Source: Terriglobia bacterium
GTDB lineage: Bacteria; Acidobacteriota; Terriglobia; JAJPHL01; JAPKYU01
NCBI GenBank assembly: GCA_965223005.1
Contig: CBDCVK010000010.1
Coordinates: forward strand, 1,152,001-1,216,000
Reading direction: 5' to 3'
DNA length: 64,000 nt
Position numbers and translations under genes: made by a program
The notes under the pieces: model-generated
What the model was told of the DNA's origin: nothing
What the model saw: the letters and a program-made list of their open reading frames with translations, nothing else
Database searches by the model: none
Shown here: positions 38,533-48,365 of the stretch, piece after piece
Layout: the number at the start of each line of letters is the position of its first letter
How positions within the stretch are numbered: the stretch's first letter is position 1

Positions 38533-39354
38533 ATGAATGTGGGGTTTTTCTGGACAGTCGGGCGCGCGTTTGTGTCCAACCTGGTGCAGCGGCGTGCACT
38601 GGTCGGCAACCTAGTCGTCCGCGATTTCAAGCAGCGCTACGTGGGTTCCTCGATCGGCTGGCTGTGGGGAGCGGTGCACCCGGCGGTTCTGCTGCTCAGC
38701 TACTGGTTCGTCTTCTCGAAGGTGTTCAAGGTCCCTCTGCGCCCCGAGTCGGGCACCGACAGCTTTGCTCTCTACCTGTTCGTGGGCATTCTGCCCTGGC
38801 TGTTGTTCCAGGACACCGTGCAGCGCTCGGCTACTGCCGTGATGGACTACTCGAACCTGATAACCAAGACCATGTTCCCCTCCGAGGTGCTCCCCATCTC
38901 GCTGTTGCTTTCCGGCATGCTGAATCACCTGCTGGGTCTGCTGGTGCTCTTGGGAATTCTGGGCCTGCTGGTCAAAAAGCTGACGGTGTTTGCGCTGCTG
39001 GTGCCGGTCTACACCCTTTTGCTGGCAGTGTTCACCATCGGCGTGAGCTGGCTGGTGGCCAGTCTGAACGTGTTTCTGCGGGATACGGCGCAGGCACTCT
39101 CGGTCGGGCTGATCTTCTGGTTCTGGTTCACGCCGATTTTCTACGCCGCCGACCGCCTGCCGGAAAACGCGCGGTTTATCGCCTGGATCAATCCGTTGGC
39201 CTACGTGGTGGACGCCTACCGGAAGTGCCTGCTGGCCGGCCAGGCGCCGGCGCTTGGCGACCTGGCGATTACCGCCGTCTTTGCTGTCACCGCTTTCGTG
39301 GCCGGCGGCCTGTTCTTCCGCTACACAAAGCGCGCCTTCGGAGATGTGCTCTGA
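38533..39354 (+). CDS. wzm: Polysaccharide ABC exporter permease
   Basis: RDFKQRYVGSSIGWLW, RD...WFTPIFY, NPL. Confidence 0.9.
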   Translation: MNVGFFWTVGRAFVSNLVQRRALVGNLVVRDFKQRYVGSSIGWLWGAVHPAVLLLSYWFVFSKVFKVPLRPESGTDSFALYLFVGILPWLLFQDTVQRSATAVMDYSNLITKTMFPSEVLPISLLLSGMLNHLLGLLVLLGILGLLVKKLTVFALLVPVYTLLLAVFTIGVSWLVASLNVFLRDTAQALSVGLIFWFWFTPIFYAADRLPENARFIAWINPLAYVVDAYRKCLLAGQAPALGDLAITAVFAVTAFVAGGLFFRYTKRAFGDVL

Positions 39355-40670
39355 TGGGCGCGGCCGTGGCGTTGGAGAACGTCAGCAAGAGCTACCCGGT
39401 CTATTCGGCGCCCGCCCACCGGTTGAAGGAGCTGTTGACCCTGGGGCGCCGCAGCTACCATCAAGACTTCTGGGCACTGCGGGACGTCAGTTTCGAGATC
39501 GAGCGCGGCACCACCTTCAGTATCCTGGGCGAGAACGGCGCCGGGAAGAGCACTCTGCTGCAACTGGTCGCTGGCATCCTGCGGCCGACCGCCGGCCGGA
39601 TTGAAGTCAACGGGCGCGTTTCGGCGCTGCTGGAACTGGGCTCCGGGTTCAACCCCGAATTCACCGGGCGCGAGAACGTATTTCTGAACGGCGCGATCCT
39701 AGGCCTGAGCAACAAGGAGATCGAGCGGCGCTACCCGGCGATCGTGGATTTTGCTGAAATCGGCGACTTCGTCCGCCAGCCGGTCAAGACCTATTCCAGC
39801 GGCATGGTGGTGCGGCTGGCGTTCGCTGTGGCTATCAACGTGGACCCGGAGATTCTGCTGGTGGACGAGGCCCTGGCGGTGGGCGACATCTACTTCCGGC
39901 AGCGGTGCATGCGTAAGATCCACCAACTGCAACGCTCCGGCGTCACGGTCATCTTCGTCACCCACAGCGTGGCCGACGTCAAGAGCCTGGCCACCCGAGC
40001 GCTGTGGATCGCCGGGGGGCGCGTCGTCGAGATCGGCGATCCGGACCGTGTCGTCAGCCACTACCAGGCGGCGATGGTCAACAAGGACGCCGAATACCTG
40101 CGGCATCGCGCGGTGGCAGAGGCCAAAGCCACCGGGCAGACCTACGCGCTGCGTGCCCCTGAGGTCGTCGAGAAAATTCCCAATGTGGATTTTCGCTACG
40201 GAACCGGCCGCGCTCACGTGTTGGGCATTGCACTCCTGAACCAGAGAGGCGAGGAACTGGGCCTGTTGCCGCCGGCGGAAACCGTCGTGGTGCGCGTCAG
40301 CGTGCAGGCTGCGCAGGAGGTGCCGCTGCCCATCGTCGGCTTCATGCTGCGGAACCACCTGGGCGTGGATTTTTCCGGCACCAACACGGCCCTCGAAGAC
40401 ACCGAGTTGCCCCCACTCAATCCAGGCGACACGCTGACCGTGGATTTCCACCTGAGCCTGCCGGAACTGTATCCGGGGCATTTCTCCTTCTCGCCGGCGA
40501 TTGCCAACGGCGCACTGGAAGGCTACGAGATGTGCGACTGGATTGACAATGCCGTCACGCTCCAGATGGAGAAGCGGCGGGAGATGTACGGCTACTTCCG
40601 CCCGGCCTGCCGGGTCGAAGTCCACGGCGTTCGGCTGGTGGCTGGAGTGGGAGTCCAGGGGAGAGGGTAG
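39354..40670 (+). CDS. wzt: Polysaccharide ABC exporter ATPase with C-terminal carbohydrate-binding (Wzt_C) domain
   Basis: GENGAGKST, YSSGMVVRLAF, DEALAVGD; ~170-aa beta-rich extension; ATG overlaps wzm TGA. Confidence 0.9.
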   Translation: MGAAVALENVSKSYPVYSAPAHRLKELLTLGRRSYHQDFWALRDVSFEIERGTTFSILGENGAGKSTLLQLVAGILRPTAGRIEVNGRVSALLELGSGFNPEFTGRENVFLNGAILGLSNKEIERRYPAIVDFAEIGDFVRQPVKTYSSGMVVRLAFAVAINVDPEILLVDEALAVGDIYFRQRCMRKIHQLQRSGVTVIFVTHSVADVKSLATRALWIAGGRVVEIGDPDRVVSHYQAAMVNKDAEYLRHRAVAEAKATGQTYALRAPEVVEKIPNVDFRYGTGRAHVLGIALLNQRGEELGLLPPAETVVVRVSVQAAQEVPLPIVGFMLRNHLGVDFSGTNTALEDTELPPLNPGDTLTVDFHLSLPELYPGHFSFSPAIANGALEGYEMCDWIDNAVTLQMEKRREMYGYFRPACRVEVHGVRLVAGVGVQGRG

Positions 40671-40676
40671 CAATAA

Positions 40677-41978
40677 GTGGAGTTCACTGGCGAGCGCGTA
40701 ATCCCGGGAGAGGTAGATCCCGATCTGTGGAACGAGCATCAGTCGCGCTACGCCTTCGCGGCCCTTTTTGCTCAACGGCTGCTGAGCGGCCGGGGGGTGG
40801 TGCCCGACGGCAGATTGCAGTCCACGGCGGTTTCCGGTGCTGCGGCTGCGGGCGCTGATCCGGCCACCGCCGTCTTTCGGGTGCTGGACGCCGGTTGCGG
40901 CTCCGGCTACGGTGCAGCCCAGCTGGCGAGCCTGGATCCTGCGCTGCAGGTGGTCGGCATAGATCTCAGCGAGGAGGCCCTGGCATACGCCCGCCCGCGC
41001 TATGGTGGGCCCAACCTGCATTTTGCCCACGGCGACTGTCTGGCCCTGGAGTTTGCCGACGGAGAATTCGACCTGGTGGTGGCCTTCGAAGTCCTCGAGC
41101 ATTTGACCGAGCCGGCGGCGTTCTTGCAGCAAGCACGCCGCGTGCTCCGTCCTTCCGGCCACCTGGTGGTTTCCACGCCGAACCGCCGCTACTATTCTGA
41201 GGAGCGCCGCTACGTCAACCCCTTCCACACCCGGGAGTACGATGCGTCGGAATTTGACTCGCTGCTAGAAGAGTTTTTCTCTGAGCGCGTGATTTTTACG
41301 CAAAATCACGCCCCCGCCATTGCTTTCTTTCCCAGCGATGGAACGCTGCCATGCTCGACCGAGGGAGACAGCGGAGCAGTTGCCCGATTCGCTGCTCCGC
41401 CTGAGGCCGCCGACCAAGCCCATTTCCTGGTGGCTGTCTGCGCCCGGAAACCAGGACCCGTCCCCGAGCCGTTTGTCTTTGTGCCTTCGGCCGGTAACGT
41501 GTTGCGCGAGCGAGAACTGCACCTGCACAGGCTGGCGCAGGAACTGGAGGGACGCGCCGCCTGGGCTCGAGATCTGGACCAGGAGCGAGAACGCCTGGCA
41601 GGGATCGTGCGGGAATTGCAGGCCGACCTAGAGAACAAGGTTTCCTGGGCGCGTTCGCTGGAGGCAGACTTGGAACGGGCTCGCGAGGCGCTGGGCGAGC
41701 TGCAGCGAGAATTTGAAGAACGTACGGCCTGGGCCTTGAAAAAGGTTTCCTGGGCGCGTTCGCTGGAGGCAGACTTGGAACGGGCTCGCGAGGCGCTGGG
41801 CGAGCTGCAGCGAGAATTTGAAGAACGTACGGCCTGGGCCTTGAAACTCGACGCTGAACTGAAAGCTGCAGGCGCCGACCTGCGCCTTCTCTTCGGCTCC
41901 CGCTGGTACCGTACGGGGAAGAAGCTCCGGCTGAGTCCCGTGCCGCCCTCGGATCAAGGGCGAGGGGGCGGCCCATGA
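40677..41978 (+). CDS. SAM methyltransferase with long C-terminal coiled coil (WbdD-like chain terminator candidate)
   Basis: EFTGER, VLDAGCGSGYG, AFEVLEHL, VSTPN; heptad region; basic/aromatic anchor SRWYRTGKKLRL. Confidence 0.8.
   Translation: MEFTGERVIPGEVDPDLWNEHQSRYAFAALFAQRLLSGRGVVPDGRLQSTAVSGAAAAGADPATAVFRVLDAGCGSGYGAAQLASLDPALQVVGIDLSEEALAYARPRYGGPNLHFAHGDCLALEFADGEFDLVVAFEVLEHLTEPAAFLQQARRVLRPSGHLVVSTPNRRYYSEERRYVNPFHTREYDASEFDSLLEEFFSERVIFTQNHAPAIAFFPSDGTLPCSTEGDSGAVARFAAPPEAADQAHFLVAVCARKPGPVPEPFVFVPSAGNVLRERELHLHRLAQELEGRAAWARDLDQERERLAGIVRELQADLENKVSWARSLEADLERAREALGELQREFEERTAWALKKVSWARSLEADLERAREALGELQREFEERTAWALKLDAELKAAGADLRLLFGSRWYRTGKKLRLSPVPPSDQGRGGGP
41637..41846 (+). 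repeat. Exact in-frame tandem duplication, 2 x 105 bp (35 aa)
   Basis: 41637-41741 is identical to 41742-41846 (KVSWARSLEADLERAREALGELQREFEERTAWALK x2). Confidence 0.95.
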
Positions 41979-42115
41979 TGCTGCCCCACCCGATGCTCGA
42001 AGCGGCTGCGATGCGGAAACTGCCTGCCGCGTTGGCCCGTCAAGCGTGGGAACTATATGCCGACGAGCTGTTCGCGGGGTGCCGCCTGCGGCCCGCGCCC
42101 CTGTGCTAAACATCG

Positions 42116-43510
42116 GTGGAGTCGCCTCTGAGCAACAAAGAACATTTCGAACGGCTGCTCGAAAGAATGCGTCGCGACTGGGACGAGCGCGCCGCGCAAG
42201 ACGGGGAGCATTACGTCTACACGCGCGACTCAAACAGCGACGAGAGCGACTTCGAAGCCTCAGGTCGGGTTAACTACGACCAGTTGGTGCGCCCGTATCT
42301 TCCCGTGCTGCTCAACGGCCGTTCCCCCAGCTGCTCCCGGGTCGCGGAAATCGGCTGCGGCCTGGGGCGCATAACCCGTAGTTTTGCCGAGGAGTTCCTG
42401 GAGGTGCATGGCATTGACGTTTCCGCCAGGATGATCGAGCAAGCCCGGTCCCGCTTGCGGGATTACCCCAATGTCATACTCCATGTAGGCTCGGGGCAGG
42501 ACCTGGCCAGCCTGCCCGACAACTACTTCGACCTGGCGTTTTCCTACCTGGTGTTCCAGCACATTCCCTCTCGCGAGGTCGTCGAAAGCTACATCCGGGA
42601 GGCGGCGCGCGTCTTGAAGCCGGAGGGAGCATTTCGGTTCCAGCTACAGGGACACCTGTCGCCTGAGTACCGGCGGCAGGAGAAGGACACCTGGCTGGGG
42701 GAAAGTTTTTCTCTGGCCGAGGCCACCCAGATGCTGGCCGCTGCCGGGTTTTCGCCGCTAGACGCCACTGGCGCGGGCACGCAGTACTTTATGCTCAACG
42801 CTCGTAAAATTCCGGAAGAGGACAGGCCTCTTGTGCCCCACATCTTTGCGGGCCAGGGTTGGGCGCGCGGACAGTTGCTCGAAGGATGGAACGAAATGGA
42901 CGCGGGTGGCGGCTGGCCCATCGAGCCCTTTTCCCGGGCCATTTTGGCGGTCCCTGCAGCGCCGCAGTTGCGTGTGTTCCTGTCTCTCTATCTACCGCCG
43001 GTCGAGCCCTTCGCAACCCTGACCCTGAAGGCGAGCTTGGACGAGGTTCCACTGGGGTCGGCGTCTCTCGGACGTGCCGGAGACCCCTATCTTGAGTGGA
43101 CTGTTCCAGCCGGTGCGGTCACCGACTCTCGGGCCGTGCTTACGCTGGAATTCCACCCGCCGGAGAGAAGCGTTCTCCCGCGTGTTCGCGCCCTGGGGAT
43201 TTATGCCCCGAGTGAAGCGGAGCAGCGAGGGGAGGACCCGGCTGCGGTTACCTTTCGACGCCTGCAAAGGCAACACCAGGAAGCGGTCGCCTGGGCCCGC
43301 GGGTTGGAAGCGAACGCCCGCGAGGCACTCGCCAAGCCGCAGGGCGAGTTTGAGGAACGCACGGCCTGGGTCCTGCGCTCGCAAGCAGAACTGGAAGTGG
43401 CGCGCGCCGATTTGAGCCTCCTGTTCGGCTCCCGGTGGTACCGCCTGGGGAAGAAGCTCCGGCTGAGTCCCGTACCGCCCTCGGATCAAGGACAAGGGGG
43501 CGGCGCTTGA
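42116..43510 (+). CDS. SAM methyltransferase + beta-rich domain + short coiled coil with the same C-terminal anchor
   Basis: MRRDWDERA, EIGCGLGR, FSYLVFQHIP; ends LLFGSRWYRLGKKLRLSPVPPSDQG; start uncertain. Confidence 0.8.
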   Translation: MESPLSNKEHFERLLERMRRDWDERAAQDGEHYVYTRDSNSDESDFEASGRVNYDQLVRPYLPVLLNGRSPSCSRVAEIGCGLGRITRSFAEEFLEVHGIDVSARMIEQARSRLRDYPNVILHVGSGQDLASLPDNYFDLAFSYLVFQHIPSREVVESYIREAARVLKPEGAFRFQLQGHLSPEYRRQEKDTWLGESFSLAEATQMLAAAGFSPLDATGAGTQYFMLNARKIPEEDRPLVPHIFAGQGWARGQLLEGWNEMDAGGGWPIEPFSRAILAVPAAPQLRVFLSLYLPPVEPFATLTLKASLDEVPLGSASLGRAGDPYLEWTVPAGAVTDSRAVLTLEFHPPERSVLPRVRALGIYAPSEAEQRGEDPAAVTFRRLQRQHQEAVAWARGLEANAREALAKPQGEFEERTAWVLRSQAELEVARADLSLLFGSRWYRLGKKLRLSPVPPSDQGQGGGA

Positions 43511-45930
43511 TTCTGCTTCGTCTGCTGCTGATGCTGGTAACGGCAGTGCTGCTCCCGCCACTACTGCTGCTGAACGGTATCAGCCTAGCTCTAGTGGACC
43601 TGGCCTGGATTCTCGGCGGCCAGCGCCGCAGAGCCACCTCAGAAGGAGCCTCTGAACCGAACGAGCGACCCACCTCTGTAAGCGTGGTAATTCCCAGTTG
43701 GAATGGCCGGGAGTTGCTGGAAAAATTCCTGCCTTCGGTCGTCCGCGCCGCCTCCTTTCATCCCGACAACGAAGTCATCGTGGTCGATAACGGCAGCGAT
43801 GACGGGACCGCGGAATGGGTTCGCAGGCAGTTTCCCGGGACAGACTCGGATGGAAGAGAACCAAAGTTGGTCCGCCTGCTTCGGTTGGAGCGCAACCTGG
43901 GCTTCGGGGCCGGCAACAACCTAGGGGTGCGAGCGGCGTGCAACCCCATCGTGGTGGTCCTGAACAATGACATGCGGGTGGAGCCGGATTGCTTCCAGCG
44001 ACTGGTGGAGGGCTTCACGGACCCGGGCGTGTTCGCCATCAGCGCGCAAGTCTTTTTCCTGGATCAGGGCCGGCGGCGCGAAGAAACCGGCCTGACCGAA
44101 GGACGCTTCGAGCGGGGATTCTTCCGTCTGGGCCATCTGGCTGAGGACATTTCCACCTTGTACCCCACGTTCTACGCCGGGGGCGGCTCGACCGCCTATG
44201 ACCGCGCAAAGTTCCTTGAACTCGGCGGCTTTGACTCGCTGTTCCATCCCTTCTACGTGGAAGACGCCGACCTTTCTTACAATGCCTGGAAACGAGGCTG
44301 GAAGGTGCTCTACCAGCCCGCAGCGGTGGTCTATCACGAACACCGCAGCACCATCGGAAGGCATTTCTCAGCTAAACGCATAGACGCCATCCTCAAAAAG
44401 AACCACATCCTGATGGTGTGGAAGAACGTGCAGGGCTGGAGCCGGCTGGCGGAGCATTTCTGTTGCCTCTACGCGGGCCTAGTGTTCTCCACATTTGTCG
44501 GGTCCGGTCCTACGCGCCCTACGATGGCGGGTTACGCCGGCGTGCTGCGCTTCTGGGGCAAGGTGCTCCAGCGGCGCTGGCAAGCCCGGAGCCTGAGCAC
44601 GATTGGTGACGACGAAGCGCTGCTGCGCCCGCTGCCCGCCTATTACCGGGACCGTTTTGTTCCGCCGCGGCCGCTGGAGGAAGGGCGGCCGTTGCGCATT
44701 CTGTTTCTTTCCCCCTACTCGTTGCATCCGCCTACGCACGGCGGCGCTGTCTTCATGCAACAAGCAGTGCGGGCGCTGGCCCGCCGCCACGAGGTTCACC
44801 TTCTGGCCTTTGTGGATCGTCCGGAGGAGGTGGAAACGAACCGAGCGCTGGAACGCTGCCTGAGCTCGGTCCAATGCCTGGTACGCGATTTCCCGCCCCA
44901 CCGTGATTCGCTCGGCCTTTTACCCTACGCCGTACGCTGCTTCCTGAGTCCGGAATTCCGCCGTCGGGTCCACCGCCTGATCTGGGAACACCAGGTTGAC
45001 CTGGTCCAGGTGGAGTACACGCAGATGGGACACTTTGCAGGCGGCTGGCGCCACACTCCCACGGCCTTGTTCGAGCACGACGTGTATTTCCAATCTGTAC
45101 GGCGCGCGTTGAGACAGGCGCGGTCGGTGGCAGAGTGGCTGCAAACCTGTCTGGAATGGCTGCGGGCCCTGCGCTACGAACTCCACCTGCTGCGCCGCGT
45201 TGACCTGGTCCAGACCTGCAGCGAGGCGGAGCGCCGCTTGCTGGAATCCTTCCTGGGGAGGGAGGCGCCACCTGTCAATGGCACCCTACGGGCGGCGCTG
45301 GACACCGGCGACTACGTTCCGGTCTTCACGGGACGCCAGCCGGAGACGCTGTTGTTCGTTGGCAACTTCCGCCATGCACCTAACATAGACGGCTTGCGAT
45401 TCCTGGTGCAGCAGGTCGTGCCAGTGTTGCGCGCAGACCGTCCGAACGCCGAATTGTTGGTCGTGGGCGCCTATCCTTCGATGGAGGTAGAAACAATGTG
45501 CCACCAGCCGGGGGTGAACCTTCTGGGGATGGTGCCGGAAATCCGCGAGGTGATGGCCCGCTACTCGCTGTTTCTGTGCCCCATTTTTAGCGGTTCGGGG
45601 GTGCGAGTAAAAATTCTGGAGGCGTTCGCCGCCGGCATGCCGGTGATCTCCACGCCACTGGGCGTGGAGGGACTGGACGTCGTCGACGGACAGGAATTGC
45701 GGCTGGTCAGCAATGCTCGCCAGTTCGTCTCTGCTATTATAGAACTGCTGGAACATCCCGCACGTGCTGAAGCCCTGGCGCGCCGCGCCCGCCGCAGGGT
45801 CGAACAGCAGTGGGATGCCGGCGTCGTCCTGGAGAGACTGGAATACGCCTATTGGGAAATCTTGCGCGAACGACGATCGGTGACACCCGCCGGGGCTTCG
45901 CTGGTCACAACTTCTTCGAGGTCCTCATGA
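43507..45930 (+). CDS. Bifunctional GT2 + GT4 glycosyltransferase
   Basis: SVVIPSWNG, VDNGSDDG, YVEDADL (GT2); FVGNFRHAPN, GSGVRVKILEAFAAG (GT4); TTG overlaps the upstream TGA. Confidence 0.88.
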   Translation: MILLRLLLMLVTAVLLPPLLLLNGISLALVDLAWILGGQRRRATSEGASEPNERPTSVSVVIPSWNGRELLEKFLPSVVRAASFHPDNEVIVVDNGSDDGTAEWVRRQFPGTDSDGREPKLVRLLRLERNLGFGAGNNLGVRAACNPIVVVLNNDMRVEPDCFQRLVEGFTDPGVFAISAQVFFLDQGRRREETGLTEGRFERGFFRLGHLAEDISTLYPTFYAGGGSTAYDRAKFLELGGFDSLFHPFYVEDADLSYNAWKRGWKVLYQPAAVVYHEHRSTIGRHFSAKRIDAILKKNHILMVWKNVQGWSRLAEHFCCLYAGLVFSTFVGSGPTRPTMAGYAGVLRFWGKVLQRRWQARSLSTIGDDEALLRPLPAYYRDRFVPPRPLEEGRPLRILFLSPYSLHPPTHGGAVFMQQAVRALARRHEVHLLAFVDRPEEVETNRALERCLSSVQCLVRDFPPHRDSLGLLPYAVRCFLSPEFRRRVHRLIWEHQVDLVQVEYTQMGHFAGGWRHTPTALFEHDVYFQSVRRALRQARSVAEWLQTCLEWLRALRYELHLLRRVDLVQTCSEAERRLLESFLGREAPPVNGTLRAALDTGDYVPVFTGRQPETLLFVGNFRHAPNIDGLRFLVQQVVPVLRADRPNAELLVVGAYPSMEVETMCHQPGVNLLGMVPEIREVMARYSLFLCPIFSGSGVRVKILEAFAAGMPVISTPLGVEGLDVVDGQELRLVSNARQFVSAIIELLEHPARAEALARRARRRVEQQWDAGVVLERLEYAYWEILRERRSVTPAGASLVTTSSRSS

Positions 45931-46526
45931 GGAGCAGGCTTTTTTTGTTTCTGGCTGGGATTCTGGTCGTCTGCTTGGCAGCCGCGGCCGGCTGGGCGCG
46001 CAAGGCTCCGGATTTCTCCCTGCCGGACCCCAACGGCAAAAAGATTCGGCTTTCCGAGCAGCGCGGCAAACTCGTGGTGCTGGAATTCCTCCAGACCGGG
46101 TGCCCCGCCTGTCAACGTGCTGGCCGCACTTTGCAGAAGCTGTTCTCCGAGAACCAGAAGGACCTGCTGATCATCGGCATTTCCCATGATGCGCGGGGGA
46201 TGACGGCCATTCGCGAGTACATCCAGCAGCACGGCCTGACCTACCCGGTCGTGCTCGGCGATCTCACGGTGGCGGTGAATTACCTGGGCATCACGCCGCG
46301 CAGGCCGAGTTTCGATGTTCCCGTCTTCTTCTTCGTGGGTCCCGACGGACAACTTCTAGGGGAGCGCAAGTCAGGACGGGCAGCTGACCGCGACTGGTTT
46401 GCCGAAATGGACCAGAACCTGGAAGCAACGGTGCGCCGCCTGCTCGCCGCGCATCAGACACCCGTGAGACAGGCGCGCGTCCGGGAGCGGAAAGCGGCCG
46501 GGCGAAAGCCGCTTGAGCCGAAGTAG
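45927..46526 (+). CDS. TlpA/peroxiredoxin-like thioredoxin-fold exported protein
   Basis: Signal peptide, APDFSL, GKLVVLEF, CPAC. Confidence 0.82.
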   Translation: MRSRLFLFLAGILVVCLAAAAGWARKAPDFSLPDPNGKKIRLSEQRGKLVVLEFLQTGCPACQRAGRTLQKLFSENQKDLLIIGISHDARGMTAIREYIQQHGLTYPVVLGDLTVAVNYLGITPRRPSFDVPVFFFVGPDGQLLGERKSGRAADRDWFAEMDQNLEATVRRLLAAHQTPVRQARVRERKAAGRKPLEPK

Positions 46527-46551
46527 AGAAGAGGGCCCGACCCGCGATGGC

Positions 46552-47226
46552 ATGTACAAAGGCAAGCGCATTACGATCATCATCCCCTGCCTGGACGAGG
46601 AAAAAGGCATTGCCCAGGTGATGGAAGCGATCCCGCCGCTGGTGGACGAGATGATCGTGGTGGACAACGGTTCCAGCGACCGAACCGCGGAAGTTGCCCG
46701 ATCGCTGGGCGCCACGGTGCTCCGGGAAGACATCCGCGGTTATGGGCGGGCCTACAAGCACGGCTTTCAGCACGCCACCGGGGACATCATCATCACCCTG
46801 GATGGCGACCATTCCTATCCGGTGGATGCCCTCTCCTACTTGCTGGAGGCCTTTCATCATCTGAACGCCGATTTTCTGAACGCTTCTCGTTTCCCCGTTC
46901 AGGACCCGAAGGTCATGAGCTTCAAGCACCGGCTGGGCAACCTGGTGCTTTCGGCAGTCACCTCGCTGCTGTTTTTTCGCTTGGTGCGCGACTCGCAGTC
47001 CGGAATGTGGGTCTTCTCCCGCCACATCCTTCCTCTGATAAGGCTGGAAAGCGACGGGATGGCGTTCAGTGAAGAGATTAAGATCGAGGCTATCCGCAAC
47101 CCGAGGATCCGATTCCGGGAAATCATCATCAACTATTCGTCCCGGGTGGGCGAGAAGAAGCTGCGGCCGTGGCGGGACGGGATGAGCAACCTGCTGTGGT
47201 TGTTCAAGAAGAGGTTCCTCCGGTGA
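46552..47226 (+). CDS. GT2, polyprenol-phosphate glycosyltransferase (DPM1-like)
   Basis: IIIPCLDEE, VDNGSSD, LDGDHSYP, DSQSG, GEKKL. Confidence 0.85.
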   Translation: MYKGKRITIIIPCLDEEKGIAQVMEAIPPLVDEMIVVDNGSSDRTAEVARSLGATVLREDIRGYGRAYKHGFQHATGDIIITLDGDHSYPVDALSYLLEAFHHLNADFLNASRFPVQDPKVMSFKHRLGNLVLSAVTSLLFFRLVRDSQSGMWVFSRHILPLIRLESDGMAFSEEIKIEAIRNPRIRFREIIINYSSRVGEKKLRPWRDGMSNLLWLFKKRFLR

Positions 47227-48365
47227 GCGGCGAGCGCACGGTGGCGATCATTCCCAACCGGGACGGAGCCGGTCGCCTGGAGCGCTGCCTGGCTACGCTG
47301 TTGGCACAGCGAGGCGCTGCCCTGGAAGTGGTCGTGCCGGAAGTGGTCGTGATAGACAACGCTTCTAGCGATGGCTCAGCCGAAGTGGCCGCCCGTGCCG
47401 GCGCTCGGGTAATTCGCTTTCCGGAAAACCGCGGGTTTGCGGCCGCAGTCAATCGCGGCGTGGCCGAGAGCGACTCGGAATTTGTGGCGCTGGTCAATAA
47501 CGATGTTGAACTCGAGCCGGAATGGCTCCACCGGCTCCTGGGTGTCCTGAAACGTCACCCGGAGTGCGGCATGGTCACCGGTCGGACGCTGCAACGCGAT
47601 AGCGACAGCACGCTGGACGGGGCCGGCGACGCGCTCGCGCTGGGTCTGGCCGCCGCGCGTTTGGGGTTCGGCTTCCCCGATGGCCCTGCGTACCGGCAAG
47701 AGCGCTCGGTGCTGGCCGTTTCTGGCGCCGCTTCGCTGATTCGTCGCGAGGTCTTCCGGAGCATCGGCGGGTTCGACGAAGCCTTTTTTGCTTACCTGGA
47801 GGACGTGGACTTTTGTCTGCGGGCGCAGTTGGCCGGTTTCCGGGCGCGGTATGTCCCGGAAGCTGTTGCCTGGCACGAAGGCAGTGCTACCACGGCGGGC
47901 CAGGCAGGCCTGCCTCTCCGCGTTGCCCCGGACCTGCACCCGCAGGTGGCTACCTGGCTAACTGGACACCAGCTCTTGTTGGCTACGCGATACTGCCGAT
48001 GGGGGACGCTGCGTGTCCTGCTGCCGCGGGTCCTTTTGGTACAGGTGCTGTGGGCGGCTCGCCTAGTGCGGGTCGGACGGCTTGGCGCTTGGCTCCGCGG
48101 CTTGGCGTTGGCTGCTACCCGCTGGCGGCGCCTCCGGCGTTGGACCTTCCCTCCGGGAGCCGGGCCGCAGCGGCTACTGGAACTGCTGCGCGCCTCGGAA
48201 ACCCAGATCTACGCCGACCGCGCCCGCCGAGACACTTTCTGGCGCCTGTACTTCCGACTGTTCCCACCCGCCGTCCAGGCCAGCTTCTTGGCTGCCGGAG
48301 AAAGCAGCACCTCGAGTAGCAAGGCCGAGCCAGGCGACGCGAGTCGCCGCTATGCCGAGCCTTGA
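47223..48365 (+). CDS. GT2 glycosyltransferase
   Basis: IDNASSDGS, NRGFAAAVN, VNND, YLEDVDFCLR. Confidence 0.87.
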   Translation: MSGERTVAIIPNRDGAGRLERCLATLLAQRGAALEVVVPEVVVIDNASSDGSAEVAARAGARVIRFPENRGFAAAVNRGVAESDSEFVALVNNDVELEPEWLHRLLGVLKRHPECGMVTGRTLQRDSDSTLDGAGDALALGLAAARLGFGFPDGPAYRQERSVLAVSGAASLIRREVFRSIGGFDEAFFAYLEDVDFCLRAQLAGFRARYVPEAVAWHEGSATTAGQAGLPLRVAPDLHPQVATWLTGHQLLLATRYCRWGTLRVLLPRVLLVQVLWAARLVRVGRLGAWLRGLALAATRWRRLRRWTFPPGAGPQRLLELLRASETQIYADRARRDTFWRLYFRLFPPAVQASFLAAGESSTSSSKAEPGDASRRYAEP

